Source: Chrysomallon squamiferum (Eukaryota > Animalia > Mollusca). Taken from it: a stretch of DNA of 64,000 bases. The stretch covers positions 14,384,001 to 14,448,000 of the forward strand of contig CM022677.1 of NCBI GenBank assembly GCA_012295275.1. The letters run 5' to 3'. The notes beneath the pieces are model-generated. The model saw only the letters and a list, made by a program, of their open reading frames with translations. It was not told the DNA's origin and searched no databases. The translations under genes and the position numbers were made by a program. Position 1 is the first letter of the stretch, and every line of letters starts with the position of its first letter. Shown here in pieces: positions 1 to 13,520 of the stretch.

Positions 1-238
1 GTTGTCTTGTTTCTGTCACTGAGTTTGGCTTTTGTTGTGTGATCTCTGTTGTCTTGTTTCTGTTGGCTGAGTTGTTATGTTTGTGTTGTGTGATCTCTGT
101 TGTCTTGTTTCTGTTGGCTGAGTTGTTATGTTTGTGTTGTGTGATCTCTGTTGTCTTGTTTCTGTTGGCTGAGTTGTTATGTTTGTGTTGTGTGATCTGT
201 TGTCTTGTTTCTGTTGGCCGAGTTGTTATGTTTGTGTT
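1..238. repeat. 51-bp minisatellite, about 4.5 copies (GTGATCTCTGTTGTCTTGTTTCTGTTGGCTGAGTTGTTATGTTTGTGTTGT)
   Basis: Direct tandem copies are visible and give the 17-aa periodicity of ORF 39..347. The array lies at the 3' end of the minus-strand LINE ORF1 remnant. Confidence 0.95.
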
Positions 239-239
239 A

Positions 240-1045
240 CTAGCTTCTGGTCCGACCTCTCCCAGTGTAAACAGCCTGACCTCAATATACAGTTTATCAC
301 CATTTAAGATTGTTCTTTTCCCTTGCTGGTTTGTAATGTGGATATAGTAATTTTCTCCTCTCATTAATTTTTTTCAGGAATTGTTCACTAACACCATATG
401 GCTTGTTCATCAATTCTGGGTGCAGATCTTCTCACTATTTCTCTGTCTTTATATAAAATGAATTAAGCAACAATAGGCCTTATATATCCATCGAACTTTC
501 TCCCCAATTGTTCACTCTGTGAAAGTCAGTATTATTTTCTACTTTCATTTCATTTTTTATAAACCTTTCAACTCCTCATCTGTGTCTTTCTCTGGTATCC
601 CACTAAAGATTAAATTGTCACGTATGAATCGAGTTTGTAGATCATTGTGTTTTTCTCTTGATATTCTAAACTCAGTTTTTTGTTTTATACTGTTATTATT
701 ATCTCTCTTTTGACAAGTAGAACTGTTCATATCTGACACAACAGATTTCAAATCTCCAAGTTTTTTTTATTCCTTTCAAACTTTTAGTGAATGTAATTCA
801 TACCTTTTCCATATCTTGTACTTTTTTCTTAATATAAGTCAGTTTACCACTGAAATCTTGTAAAGTTATTTCCATACTATTCAGTTGTTTTTCAATCATG
901 TTCAATTTTTCCAGTTTATCACACATTATATCTAACTTTCTAGTCAAAGTATCTAATTTTATACTGACATCTTGACAGTTCACAACTAGTGAAATTAACC
1001 CAGAATACTGACCATGGGATCATTAGGTTTATCTGTATTGTCCAT
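240..1045 (-). mobile_element. Degenerate non-LTR retrotransposon ORF1p (coiled-coil followed by RRM/CTD, L1/Transposase_22-like)
   Basis: Minus-strand pieces read a heptad-like coiled coil (ORF 798..983), LQTRFIRDNLIFSGIPE (ORF 557..751), then RPIVA*F, DREIVRRSA, KPYGVSEQF.K.INERRKL and LYPHYK. These match the usual ORF1p motifs (RxNLIFxGIPE, RPIVAKF, EQFPxEIxERRK) and are broken by stops and frameshifts. Confidence 0.8.
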
Positions 1046-1486
1046 ACTGTGACTGCTGCGACTGTTGAATTGGTGTTGACTGATAAAATGGTGCAGATGA
1101 ACATCCAAGCCCACTGTTCGTTAATTTGATCCCCTCAGTGTGGCGACTTCTTGACCAGTTTGGCTATTTTTTTCTGTTCACTTTCTCCACTTACGTTCTT
1201 ACTCTTAGTTTTTTCTCTTTTTACCTTTTTTATTTCCACATTGCAAACTCATGTATTTTTGCAATAATTTACATTGAAAAAACAGATAAAATAACATTTA
1301 AAACCAATAAACATTATATATTTTCACAGAGAAATGAGAATCAAAACTTTCATTTCCATGCATGTGCAAAGCTGAATTCTTTTGTTTATCTTTTATGTGA
1401 GTATCAGCATCATTTTTCAGTAACAACAAAGCAAATCATTTCTCTTATAAAATCTTTGCTTTTATAGATTCATGAAGTGCAATTTT

Positions 1487-1620
1487 TCACTCACTGTTTA
1501 CTGCATTAACATCAGACTTTCTCTTTATCAGTGATTTTAACATATATAAGTCACCACATAGAACTGAAATTTGGAGAGGTGAGTCTGAAGTCAACAGTTT
1601 GAAGCTAAGTTTATCTTGAA
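1487..1620 (-). pseudogene. Ankyrin-repeat exon fragment
   Basis: ORF 1487..1783 ends SPLQISVLCGDLYMLKSLIKRKSDVNAVN, which fits the ankyrin consensus TPLHxAxxxGxxxxVxxLLxxGADVNA. A GTGAG donor-like site follows. Upstream sequence to ~3,370 looks like decayed coding DNA but could not be assigned. Confidence 0.6.
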
Positions 1621-1870
1621 GAAACAATTTCAATCTAGTTTTGTCATCAGACAACTGTTTCAATCTAATTTTATCATCAGACAACTGTTTGAATCTAGTT
1701 TTTTCAACAGACAACTGTTTCAATCTAGTTTTTTCAACAGACAACTGTTTGTCAAGTTTTGTCAACAGACAACTTTCAATCAAGTTTTGTCATCAGACAC
1801 CTGTTTGCCTAGTTTTGTCAACAGACAATTGTTTCAGTCTAATTTTATTTTTATCAAGCAGTTTTAATAT
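1615..1870. repeat. 30-bp minisatellite, about 8 copies (minus-strand reading KQLSVEKTRL)
   Basis: Repeating AGACAACTGTTTCAATCTAGTTTT... units; 10-aa periodicity in the overlapping ORFs. Confidence 0.9.
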
Positions 1871-4581
1871 AGTTTGCTCTTCAAACAACTCAATCAATTT
1901 CTGGTTAATTCCTATATTTACATTAGACAACATCTGCACTGTTAAACATCACTTTCAGTACTTCACTTTTCTTCCAATTGTTCTCATCTGTATCATTATA
2001 TCTCTGCTCAGTGAGAAAATTCACTTCATCAGTTCTCATAATTTACAGAGTCAGTTTTGCTATTTCATTTATTAACACTTGAAATGATTTGACCAGCAGC
2101 AACTATAACTGTTTCTTTATTTTTGTTTATTACATCAGTGGTAACCTGTTTCTTATATAGATAGCTTATATCAACAACTCTAAAAGTCTTTGAATTCTCA
2201 AAATGCATGTTACTTGATTCAAGTCTTACCTAACCAGTGATAGTTTAATGGCTTTTTTCATGATTTCACTGTTGTATTTCTGTGTTTATCATGTCTGCCA
2301 ACAGACAGGCAATGTTCATGTTACCTGAACAAATAGAAAGACATAACAAGTGTGAACACACAGTCACTTGTATCTCCTTTTTATACTGTAATAGTTCTTT
2401 GAATACTGTAGCACTGTCTGTTCTTATAACATGCAGCCTCACAGAATGTATCAAATGTTGGAATAACACCTGATTTGTGCAGTACTTATCACTAAACAAA
2501 TGAGGAATATCCAAAAGTTGTTTTTTCATATATGTTAACTACATTTTACACATATTTGATGTGACAAATCTTGACAATGTTCTTAGTCCATTCACAGTAT
2601 ACTCACTTGAAACAGATGATGAATTTTTAAAATTTGGTCAGGTTTCAAATACAGTGTGTAACTAGAGTGAAATTTGGAATGATTGTTAAGAAGACATGAA
2701 ATACTGCTGAATATTTCATTAGCAGTGCTTAACATTTTCTTCAGGTGTAGTTTATCTTTGTCATTTTCCTGTCTTCTCAGTTTTTAAGTATGTCTACTCA
2801 TGTTTATTTGTATTCAGTTTAATTCTTAAAGTATTTTATAATATATTAACTTATTTAATACCATAAGAAGTTCTTACTTATATATTTTTGGAATAAATGT
2901 GTATAAACATGTATAATATTTTACAACAGGGTGACAAGACTGTTATATCTGTTAAATAAATATAGTACAGTTATTCTTCTCTATTGTTCTGCTTGTGTAA
3001 ACATACTTTGAGAATTTGTAGACTTCAGTGTTCAATAATCTGCTACATTCTTCATCCCAAATCTTGATCACGTCATGATTTCATGTTAATCTTCAGAGAC
3101 AGTTTATCTGTGTTTGAAACTGTCATCTTGACAAACCACCAGCACAGTAGTGACATATGTAAATATTCAACAATATCATACTTGTACAAAGACTTCTTTG
3201 TTTACTTTTTGTTTTTTAAATATGATTTCGCTACACTATATATCTACATGTATTTGTTGTGTTTTAAATAATTCAGTAGTTTCCTGAGTGAGAACTATTC
3301 CACAGTGAATATAATAATCTATGACATATTGAAGATGTTTTTACATAAACACTCAGCTCCACTTGAAACATTTTCTTGGCTAGACTGTCAAGACAAAATG
3401 AGTAAAAAATAATGTATTTATGCTTCAAAATGTTTGGTTAGTTGTTTGACTAATTACTTGCTGAAAACTGATTAAATATTTGAAGAAACTGAAGTTAAAA
3501 ATATTCAGTCAAATATAAAAAAAAAAAAAAAATTTAAATGAATGACAAGTGACTCAGTAATTTTTGCTGTCTTAGGAAAATAAAATAAATAAAACATTCA
3601 TCAGAATTTACAGTTAGACACTGTTCACTAAGTCCTGTTAGTTCATTTTTGAAATGTAAATAAATAAATAAATAAGAACAAAGAAAACAGGTAACTAAAG
3701 TTAAAAATTCATTTTATTTAATATCATCTGTTTCTGGTATCAGAGACAGAAATGAAATTTGGTTATTGAAGTCAGTGTAAGGTATTTTAGGTAAAGATTG
3801 AAAACTGCTAAAGAAATGATTATAAGAAACAAACTACAACAACAGTGAAAAGTTATTTTTTAATAAAACATGAACCTAACCTGAAACTGGCTTTAACAAC
3901 TAAAGTTTTATCTGTCTTATATTGTACTTTGAACACTTATAATATAAAATTAAATAAAAATAATAATACAGATTTATTTAATTTCAAAATACTAAATAAT
4001 ACAATTTCATTTATTTTTCACAGGCCATAAACATTTCAAGAGCTAACTTCATTGTAAACATATATAATTATTATTAATTCTTGACGAGGTCTTGTGGTTT
4101 GTTTTATTATTATTATTATTATTATTACTGTTGTAATTATTAGTACCATCATTATTAATTATTGTTATTATGATTATTTGTTACTGTATTTTTTTATTGT
4201 TACTATTGTTAGTGTTACTGCATTTTAATCCTGTTGTTATATCTGTAATACATTCTTCTCTTTACTGTAATCTAAGTTTATAAAGTCACTGTCATTGTTA
4301 GTATTAATTAGGTATGTTTAAGAGAACATTTAGTTAACTGTGATAACACTGATTTTTATCTATCATTAATTACTTCTATAATTTTTGTTTGTTTATTTAA
4401 TTTTACAAATTATATAAAAGTCATTGTCATTTTTGAACTGATGCTGTTTTTAATACATTTTTCACATTTATATTAATATTGAGCTAAATAAAAAAGAAAT
4501 GAAGGAAGAAAAAGAAAACAGGAAAAAAAGGAAAAAAGGAAAAAGGAAAATATTAAAAATAATAAATTGCTTTTGTTTCAG

Positions 4582-6920
4582 AATTTGAGAATGTAAAAGT
4601 CAGGGTTTGATATGGGAACAGATTTGTCAGAATGCTGAAGGCAGTTTATGTCACTGTGGTTACTACTTTAAAAAGACAGAAAAAAATGTGAAAAAGGTGA
4701 GCAGTTTTTCTCTAAATTGTACTGTCAAAGCAAAAAGTGCAAACTGTCTTGTCTCAGATGATAATTTTAGAAATAGCAGAGTTTGAAGCAGTAGTAACAT
4801 TTTTAAAAGTATTAATATATTAATTAAGTAAAACTTATATCAGTTTTCTCAGTACAGTTTCAGATCCATGTCAGTTTTACTCTCATCTCAGCTGCAGCCA
4901 TTACTGCACCAATGTGGAGAAACAGGACTTTACAGCTGTAACTTTGTATACAAACTAGCAACAAATCTATACTCATGTATTGTGAGTACAGAATATTGTT
5001 TTGTACATTTAACTAGAAAAAAGTCCTTGGTTTCATAAACATTTAATAATCTTTTCTGTTGTACCTTTACTTCTAGTCTTTTTTGTTTCTTTCTTTTTTA
5101 AGTTTTATGTTTTTTCATCCTTTACATACATATGAACATTTATATATTAAAACATGAGGCTTTAATTGTATTATATAAATGAAGAAAAGAACATTAAAGT
5201 TTGAAATACGATTTTTACTTTATTGTTAATTAGATTAATTATTATTGATTGTTATTATTTTGAACAATTATTATATTGTTTTAAAATTTTGTTTTATTGT
5301 TATTATTATTTTAATGTAGATATGAATGAGTGTACATCAGTTGATGCAGTATTACTAAATATACTGATGCTTGAATCAGTGGATTCACTTGTTCCTGTAT
5401 GGCTGGGAAGAAACTTGAAAATGACCAGAGAACATTTGTTAGTAAGCAGAATTTCTCATTACAAAATACAATAATATAAAAATAAATGTTTAAATATTTT
5501 AAAAATATAATTATATTTTGAAATTTAAAGCAAGTTATTCTGTAAAATTTAAAATTTTTGGTGATCTTTATATTATATTTTAATACAATTTCATAAATTT
5601 TATTTAAAAAAATTCTAACACTAAAGTTTGATCTTAATTTAATTTATTTATTTTAAATTTAAATTTTATGTTTTCTTCTCAGACCATTGTCAGTGTAAAG
5701 CTGGCTGGGTGGTGTGCGATGTGAAAACAACAGAGATGAATGTAGTGTTTCAACAGTTTCATGTCAAGCAAACAGCAACTGCAAAAACCTGCCAGTCTCC
5801 TATCATTTGTGTGTAAGACAGGATATCACAACTTGTCAGATGAATGTGTAGGTGAGTAGGGTATACTTAATAAATAGTTAATTAACTCAATATTAAAAGT
5901 TTTTGGTAACAAGTTGAAATTATAACATTTTACATAATAAACAGTTATATGTTACAAATTATTTCTTATTATTTATGAAATAGTTATATGTTATAAATGA
6001 TTTCTTATTATTTATGAAAGTTATACAGTTATTTGTACTTAATAAATGGTTATATGCTGAAAACGATTGCTTGTTACTTTATAAAGAATGATATTCTAAA
6101 AAAATTACTCCATTTTACTTTTAAAAAAATAGTTATATGATACAAATGATTGATGAATTTTGTACATCTTTTGTGATTTTAATTACCAAAGAAATCAGAA
6201 TGGATGTTTTAGACTGAAAAATTACATAGAAATAAGTTAATTAATATCTCAGTCATAAAATTAACATTATCTGCATTAAAATGTAATAAATAAATAAATA
6301 AATAAATTAATAAAAATATCATTTTATACTTGTTAATAATTTTTTATTCAAAATTAAGAGAATGTTTATTTAACATTGAAAATCAGAAAATCAACTTTCA
6401 GTGACTAAGAAATTAGCAACAAAAAAGAAGAACACACAAACCCTGTTTATTTTCTGCAGTTTGAGTCGCATTAATTTTTAACAACATGAAAAAAAAAAAA
6501 AATTCACAGTTCTGGAATTAAGAATAATTTCAAAGCAGTTAATAATGTTTCAGAAACTTGTTAGAATTTATGAATAATTTTTATGTTCATTAATAATAGT
6601 CGTATCCGTATAATTCAAACTTGTCTAATTTTATAAACTGCTGAAAACCTCTCAGTATCAATGAATTTTAAATTTCGGTTAATCCATACATTTCTTCTAA
6701 ATAATTTCTGTGTTAATGGTATTTGAGTAATTTCAGAAACTTGTGAAAATGTATGAGTAAGTTTAATTGTTGTTAATGATTGAGATGTGATTTATTTGTT
6801 TTTCTCTTTCAGATATAAATGAATTTAATTCAAAAATATTTCTACTCTACTAAGATGGAGGGTACAAATGTGCCTGTGTGGATGGTTATAAATGGGAAAC
6901 TAACAAAATTACTTGTAGAG
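4582..6920 (+). pseudogene. Spliced pseudogene fragment of an EGF / calcium-binding-EGF repeat protein (fibrillin/mucin-like)
   Basis: Five AG..GT-bounded exons: 4582-4696 (EQICQNAEGS..CHCGY), 4853-4981 (DPCQ..CSHYCTN..YSCNFVYKLATNLYSCI), 5320-5441 (DMNECTS..GFTCSCMAGKKLENDQRTF), 5683-5851 (CQCKAGW..RCENNRDECSVSTVSCQANSNCKNLP..CKTGY) and 6813-6920 (DINEF..GGYKCACVDGYKW). All are frameshifted or partly deleted. Confidence 0.85.
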
Positions 6921-6989
6921 GTAGACATAAATATTAATATGTCAAACACACATCAACACATGCACATGCAAAGATTATCTCACACACAG

Positions 6990-7330
6990 TGAAATCAATG
7001 AAATGAAACGATACACATTGAAATGAAATACAATGAAATGAATGAAATGCAGTGTGTTGTAGAGAAATACAATGAAATTCAGTAAATGAAAAAATAATAA
7101 TATACAGTAAAATAAATGAAATGAAATAATAATAAAATACAGTAAAATAAATGAAATTAAACACAATACTATGAAATACAAAACAATAAATGAACAGAAC
7201 GAGTGGAACTGAAATAAATGAAATTAAATTAAATTAAATAATGATAAAATACAATAAAAATAATAAAATAAAATACAATGAAATTTGAATGAAATGAAAT
7301 ACAATATAAGACAATGCTAAATTAAACTAA
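6990..7330. repeat. Cryptic (AAATG/AAATA)n simple repeat
   Basis: Degenerate pentamer periodicity; explains ORFs 6934..7164 and 6975..7181. Confidence 0.8.
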
Positions 7331-9289
7331 TTTTGTTCATGAAATAAATATGTATATTTAACAGTAAGTAAAAATAATGAAAATAATTAAGTCACAATCA
7401 TCCCATTTGAATCATATCAACCTTCATTTCACATGGTAAATTACATGCTATGGTTTATACATCTCTGAATATTTTTTTTAATTTTAATAATTTTGTTTTT
7501 CTTCAGGGCCATTTTTCATAAGCTTGTTTTGAGAATGAAAAAAATGTGAGAAGTGACATTGATTCTAAGTGACTTGTGTTTATCTCCAAGTTCTTCAAGT
7601 TTTCTCACTGTACCGAACAAACTAAACAGAAGAAACAGCAGAAGATAAAACCACAACAAATATGAAGAACTGAATACTTGAAGAATATTGAGAGCTTTTA
7701 GAAAGTTCCACACCAAAGTATTATTTTTAAAACAGTTACCTGTTATGTGGACTGCACTTACTGAAGAATTTATAAATCTGTGAAACTGTGATTTCAGATT
7801 CAAAGTGTCATTCATGTAAGATACAGTCAGACATTGACCAGTAGACAGAATGTTTGAACCAGACAAATTGTATAGCTCAAGGGAGATAATTTTATTATTA
7901 TTATTTTATCTACTTGTAAACATTTATGAAAAAGGTTGTTACTAAAACAAAATGGAAGATTTTGTTGAGAGTTTTCTAAAATTATCTTTTCATATGCAAA
8001 AGTTTTGATGTTGATCTTTTGGTTTTCTTGTTCAAATTAATGTTTCAAATTATTTAGTTTTCTGTTTTTCATTACACATTTTTAAAAGTCAGACTTGAGA
8101 AACAATTTTCTAAGAGAGGAATATTTTTATTTATATTGTTTTGAAATAATAGCAGAAGTAATAGATGCAACTGTGGAAGTAGTGATACAGATAATGTTAC
8201 ACTAGTCATAGACAAAATAATAGAAGCAAAGTAATAGATAAATAATAGCAGTTAGTAAACGAATTAATAGTAGTAATAGTAATAGAAATATAATAGTAAT
8301 AACAATATAAGTAATTGAGAGAGTACTTTAATACTGGTTGTATTGTTATTTTTTTGATGTGTACATATTCAGTGAATACTATAAACACTTTGGATAGAGA
8401 TATATAATGACGGTGTTTCCTGTTGCAGAATATAATGATGAATACATTTCATAATTATTTCGTTTGTGTAATAAATTGATAGATAGAGATAAGGTTGCCT
8501 TAACATTATGATAGAGTTAGGACATTTTAACAGATGTCAGTCTTATCTGGAAAACGAGATTGAATGTACATTTATGTACACACTGAAAAGCATTCATGTG
8601 GGAGAGAGATAAATCATTAACATCTAAGACATCTTCTTTCAAAATAATCATCTCTCAGTTGAATTCAACAACAATAAAAAGTCTAACGGTAGGTTTACAA
8701 TTAAATTTAAGACATAAACAATTCTTTTTTAGACTATCATATATAATCTAGAATTGAAAACAAATCACATTTTCTCAGTCGCACCAAAAGAAGTTAAAAA
8801 AAGAAAAAGTTAAGAGCGTCGAAAACAGCAGGAACACATTCATGTGCATATATCAGAACCTCAGGGAAGGGGAGATCATCGAAAATGTTTAAGGTTTCTG
8901 TCTCTGAATTAGCAAAATTCCACCTAAATTGATGATAGTGAAACCAAATTAATAAAAAAGCTCAATGGCGCTCTGTTTCTGAAACATAACCTGTATAATC
9001 TACATGTCTGCTCTTAAAGGAGTGATGTCACATTTATTTATTTATTTGTTACATTATTATTATTATTATTATTATCTTTTAATACAACAGATTCGATGAA
9101 TTCAGCAGTTTGCTTAATTACAATAATACATTGTCGTGTAGACTTGAACGTTCACTGCGGATCCACTAAGTATTTCCACGTCACCAGTGAAAACTGTCAA
9201 GTGTTATATCCTTGAAAGTTTCTCTTTACAGCGGGTTTCCTCTCAAGGCATTGTACAAATGATGTTAGCAGTTGTTAATAAAAGTAATA

Positions 9290-9291
<2 letters not shown>

Positions 9292-9346
<55 letters not shown>
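9292..9346. repeat. (TC)n microsatellite
   Basis: Perfect dinucleotide run. Confidence 0.98.
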
Positions 9347-9347
<1 letters not shown>

Positions 9348-11329
9348 TACATCTAAACTATTCTATTATTTGAAAGAATGTTGTGCTATTTAAAATATAC
9401 TTGTACAAACTAAACGGCACTAAAATATTTATATGATAATAAATAAAATTCTTCTGTCTTTATTTCATTTAAATTTTAAAACTATTTTACATTGTTTTGT
9501 GATCTCTTTATCTGTATAGCTATATCTGTATATTCACCTAGCTGTATGTGTGTCTGTATGTCTGTGTGTATAATATAATTAATGTGTATAATATCAGATT
9601 AGTACAAAGTAGTTCACTGTTGAGATTTATTATAAATTTATTATTAACGGCAAATACTGATTATTGTTTTGGGGATCCCTGGCATTCTCAACTATTCTTC
9701 TCATTTTTCTTTTTATTCTGCTTGACATATTTTATAAAATTCTCTCTTAGACATGAAGTTAAGTTTTATTTATTTATTTATACAATTATTTTTTAAATCA
9801 AAACAAACAAATAAAAGCAAAGAAAAAAAGAAGAAAGACATGCACACATACACACAGTAGAAATGAAACCAGAGAAACAACCGTAAAAACGAAAAAAAAG
9901 AAAAAAAAAAGAAGACAACTGATGTATGAAAAACGTGACTAGATGTGAAACTGGATACCTCACTTGTGGTCTACAGACACATGTTTTAAATGCGGGTGTT
10001 AGCGATCATGTTTCGTCTTTATTTAGTGTGCACGTTCAAGTTGGTTTGAGTAGGGAACCAATTCACAGTATTCACGTGATGGAGAACTTCGTGGATGTTG
10101 TCGTATCGTGTTTGACCAAACATAAACAGTACCCACACAGTAACTACTGAACAACAACAACAACAAAAAAATATATATATTTAAAAAAATTAGTCACACC
10201 CATCAGTTTCAAATTTGTTTACATTCTGTACCAGTGAAATATTTGTACTATCACAAAGCGAGAAAAGATTCAGTATATCGTTAATGAACCTGTAATATTA
10301 ATTTTCATGCTTTATTGTTGTTATAAATTAGTGTTAAAAAATATTAATTTCAAAATGACTCAAAGTAAGAGAAATGTGTTTAGACTGTTTGCTCTTCTAA
10401 GTACACTTTATTATATATAATTTTCATTTTACAAGCAGGGTGTTAAAATTGATGCATCTTACATATTCAAATGTCATTTCTGCATTAAAATTATAAAAAA
10501 AGAGAAAAGATAAAAAGAAGGTTGGACTGTTATTCCAGACATCAGTTTTGCGTGTGAATATTCTGTCCAGAGCTAGCCACATGACTGGCGTCAGAAACAG
10601 TGAAAAAGAATAAAATCTCGTTTCTTATATATTTTCAAGTTTATAGCATAACATCTCAAATTTAATCTTTTCGAAATTTCAGCACATCAATGTTCCCAGT
10701 TAATAAAAAAAAACTGAATTAAGACTGTTCCAAGTTTCAGTTTGTAAGTTCCCTATTAATAAGAAAATTGAATTTCAACCATTCAGAATTTCAGTTCTTC
10801 AATATTCCCTATTAATAAGGAAACAGAATTTAAACTTCAATATTTAAAACCTGAATTTGAACCAATTTATCAGTGTTTTTTGATTAGTAAGAAATGTGAA
10901 TTACTACTGATAAAAAAATAAAATAAATATATTATTATTATTATTATTATTATTATTACTACTATTATTACTATTATTATTGTGTGTTATTATTATTGCA
11001 TAAAATTGTTATAAGTACTATTATTTGAAAATGTATTACTTATTTATTTATTTATTGTTTTGTAAAGCCGACTAACGAAGATTCTAATTAACTTTTAAAA
11101 GGAAAATAAATATTTGTTTAAATAGAGGAAGAAAAAAAAACTACTTTCTATTGGATCTAGAAAACTACACCAATTGAAAAAACAAAAACAAAGAAACAAG
11201 AAAATGTGAAAACAAAACTTTATTAAAATAATTAGCTGACAAAGAATGCTCACCAAGGACATTTTCAGCTAGATCTCTATGGACCATTCCCCTTTCCTCT
11301 AAATAAATCATTCCCTGAAAACAACACAG

Positions 11330-11640
11330 TTTATTTGTGTAGTGTATGTGTGTGATTAAGCATGTGTTGGTATGTCTCTCTGTGTTGTGTGCATCTGTGT
11401 TGTGTGTGTGTTGTGTAGTGTGTTTGTGTGTATGTGTGTGTACTGTATGCATCTATGTGTAGTGTGTGTGTATCTGTGTGTTGTATGTGTGTATCTGAGT
11501 GTGTTGTGTATATGTATGTTGTATGTGTGTATATGTATATTGTGTGTATATGTGTATATTGTGTTGTGTGTGTTGTGTAGTGTGTGTTGTGTGTATCTGT
11601 GTGTTGGGTGTATGGGTGTGTATGGGTGTATATTTGACAA
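11330..11640. repeat. GT-rich degenerate microsatellite inside an EGFR intron
   Basis: (GT/GTAT/GTT)n run between the exons at 11314 and 11648. Confidence 0.9.
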
Positions 11641-11914
11641 CACTCACACTGGCTATCTGAGTACATCAGTTGAGGAGGACTTTTGATCCAATGTGATCTT
11701 TGTTTTTTCTCACCAGAACACAGCCAAGTGACATCAGCTGAGTGATCAACATCATATGTGCACACTGCGAGGATTCTGACACAACAAGGATGCTTCACTG
11801 ACACCATCACCCATGCCTCCTCCAACAGCTCCTTGATCTGGTTAGGAGTCCTGTAACTCTTTAATAGCTACTGGAATCTTGACATTTTCTCCTTCTGGTA
11901 TCCAGTATCCCTGG

Positions 11915-12120
11915 TTATTAATAATAATAGTAACAACCACAACAACAACAACAATAATGATAATAATAATAACAATAATGACAGTAATACTAATAACAAT
12001 AACAATAATAGTAATAGTACTAGTAGCAGTAGTAGCAACAGTAACGATACCAAAGGTAATAATATAAGTAGTAGTTGTGATAGTAACAGTAGCTGAAGTT
12101 GTGGTAGTATTTTTAGTAGG
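11915..12120. repeat. Cryptic trinucleotide (AAT/AAC/AGT)n repeat inside an EGFR intron
   Basis: Lies between the exons at 11910 and 12191; produces the poly-T/I/V/L ORFs. Confidence 0.9.
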
Positions 12121-12949
12121 AACATTATAACATTTAACATCCATCAGCTTGTGGTTGGAGGTAGATAAAGATATGTAATTGTATTGTCACCTTATATACC
12201 ATTCCAAATAATTCGGAGCCAGCAATTCTTCCTTGTTTCAATTCAGATTCTTGTATCAGTCTAAGCTGGGTTGGGTCAGGTTCAACTGAAATAAAAACAT
12301 TTATTTATAGATGTGCGTGTGTCTTTACCATCCTGCGTCATGCATTTGTATCAGATTAAGAACAACTGGATAACAAACGTTTATAATTTTTTCATTAAAA
12401 AAACACATCATTTGAAAGTGATATTACTGAAGGATGTATGTTTAGATAAATGTACAATATAAACATATTACATAGAAAAGGTACTACACACAGAAATGTG
12501 ACTAAAGTATCTATAATGTATATATATACAAATCTGTCTATAAAACAGATAAGTGTGTGCTTAGTATCAGATCAGTCTGATAAAAGAAACTCAGTTTCTT
12601 CATGACCAGACATCTTAGCTCTGATTGCCTCAGTCTTCTTCTTCACCTTTGTTCTCTTGTGCCAGTGATATCAAAATTCAGCCACAATACACCTGATCAG
12701 AAATAAACCCCTATAACTGAGATTATTACAGTTTTCTTCTTTTCATCACTGTGAAAATAAAACAAAACATTCAGAAAATCTGAAACTTTGTAAAATAAAA
12801 ATAATAACAATAACAATAACAATAACAATAACAATAACAATAATAATAATAACAAAAATAATAAAACTAAAATAAAAATAGTTCCTCATGAAAAAGCTGG
12901 TAAAGTATTTTCCAAACCGCAGAGCTCCACAGCTGTTTTATCAAAATCA

Positions 12950-13520
12950 ACACAACACCAAACTGTAGCTGTGGAATTTCTGAAACCATGAAACATTACT
13001 TAGTTCTCTGTCCAAAATCTGTCCTAATGTTCCATTACTTTTTCAATGAAATAAAAATTAAATTTACATTTAAAAACATCTTGATAGAAACAGTGAAAAA
13101 CTGAGAGCCAAACTTTAATTCAAACAAATAAATAGACACAAATTCAAAAACATAACATAAAATAACACAATCATATAGGTCAAAAAAAAATTAAATAAAT
13201 AGCATACACAATAACAAACAAAACAAAAAGCAAATACATCAACACAAAACAATTATATAAATTAATTCATTAATAGATTAACTGACCCACCAGCTGATAG
13301 ACTGGCTGACACAGAACTTCAGAACATATTTTTAAAATTCCACATTTTCTTGGCACAAGGAAGTAAACTGGTTCTGGCTGGACTGGGCTGTTTGGAATGT
13401 GAACTTTTTGTACTGACAAGTTAAACTGAAGAAGACAATTAGCTTTTTCTTAAAAATAGAAATGAAAACATAATTTAAAATAACAAACAAAAACATGCAA
13501 TATATAATCAATTAATCTGT
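12950..13520. repeat. ~570-bp direct duplicate of 15015-15590; inverted third copy at ~62950-63525
   Basis: Shared text from CACAACACCAAA..CTGTGGAATTTCTGAAACC to AAACAAAAACAT. It includes a minus-strand exon-like unit (TTCTTCAG|TTTAACTTG...ATCAGCTG|GTGAGT). Confidence 0.93.

Larger units (their letters stand above)
10529..12748 (-). pseudogene. EGFR: EGFR/ErbB-family receptor tyrosine kinase pseudogene fragment (TM, juxtamembrane, kinase subdomains I-IX)
   Basis: Minus-strand exons: ~12590-12748 (hydrophobic stretch, basic KRTKVKKK, AKMSGHEETE); 12191-12285 EPDPTQLRLIQESELKQGRIAGSELFGMVYK; 11648-11910 GYWIPEGENVKIPVAIKEL..NQIKELLEEAWVMVSVKHPCCVRILAVC..LITQLM.LGC..HIGSKVLLN*CTQIA; 11254-11314 GMIYLEERGMVHRDLA-ENVL; 10529-10591 TPVMWLALD-RIFTRKTDVW. 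These match EGFR motifs GLWIPEGEKVKIPVAIKEL, HRDLAARNVL and PIKWMALESI..RIYTHQSDVW. Stops, frameshifts and no DFG exon found. Confidence 0.92.

Noticed and set aside
2050-3370. STAND NTPase domain upstream of the ankyrin fragment
   Set aside because: No Walker A or B motif could be read; left unassigned.
9926-10150. ORF or exon-like GC-richer block
   Set aside because: No recognisable motif in any frame and not assignable to the EGFR fragment.
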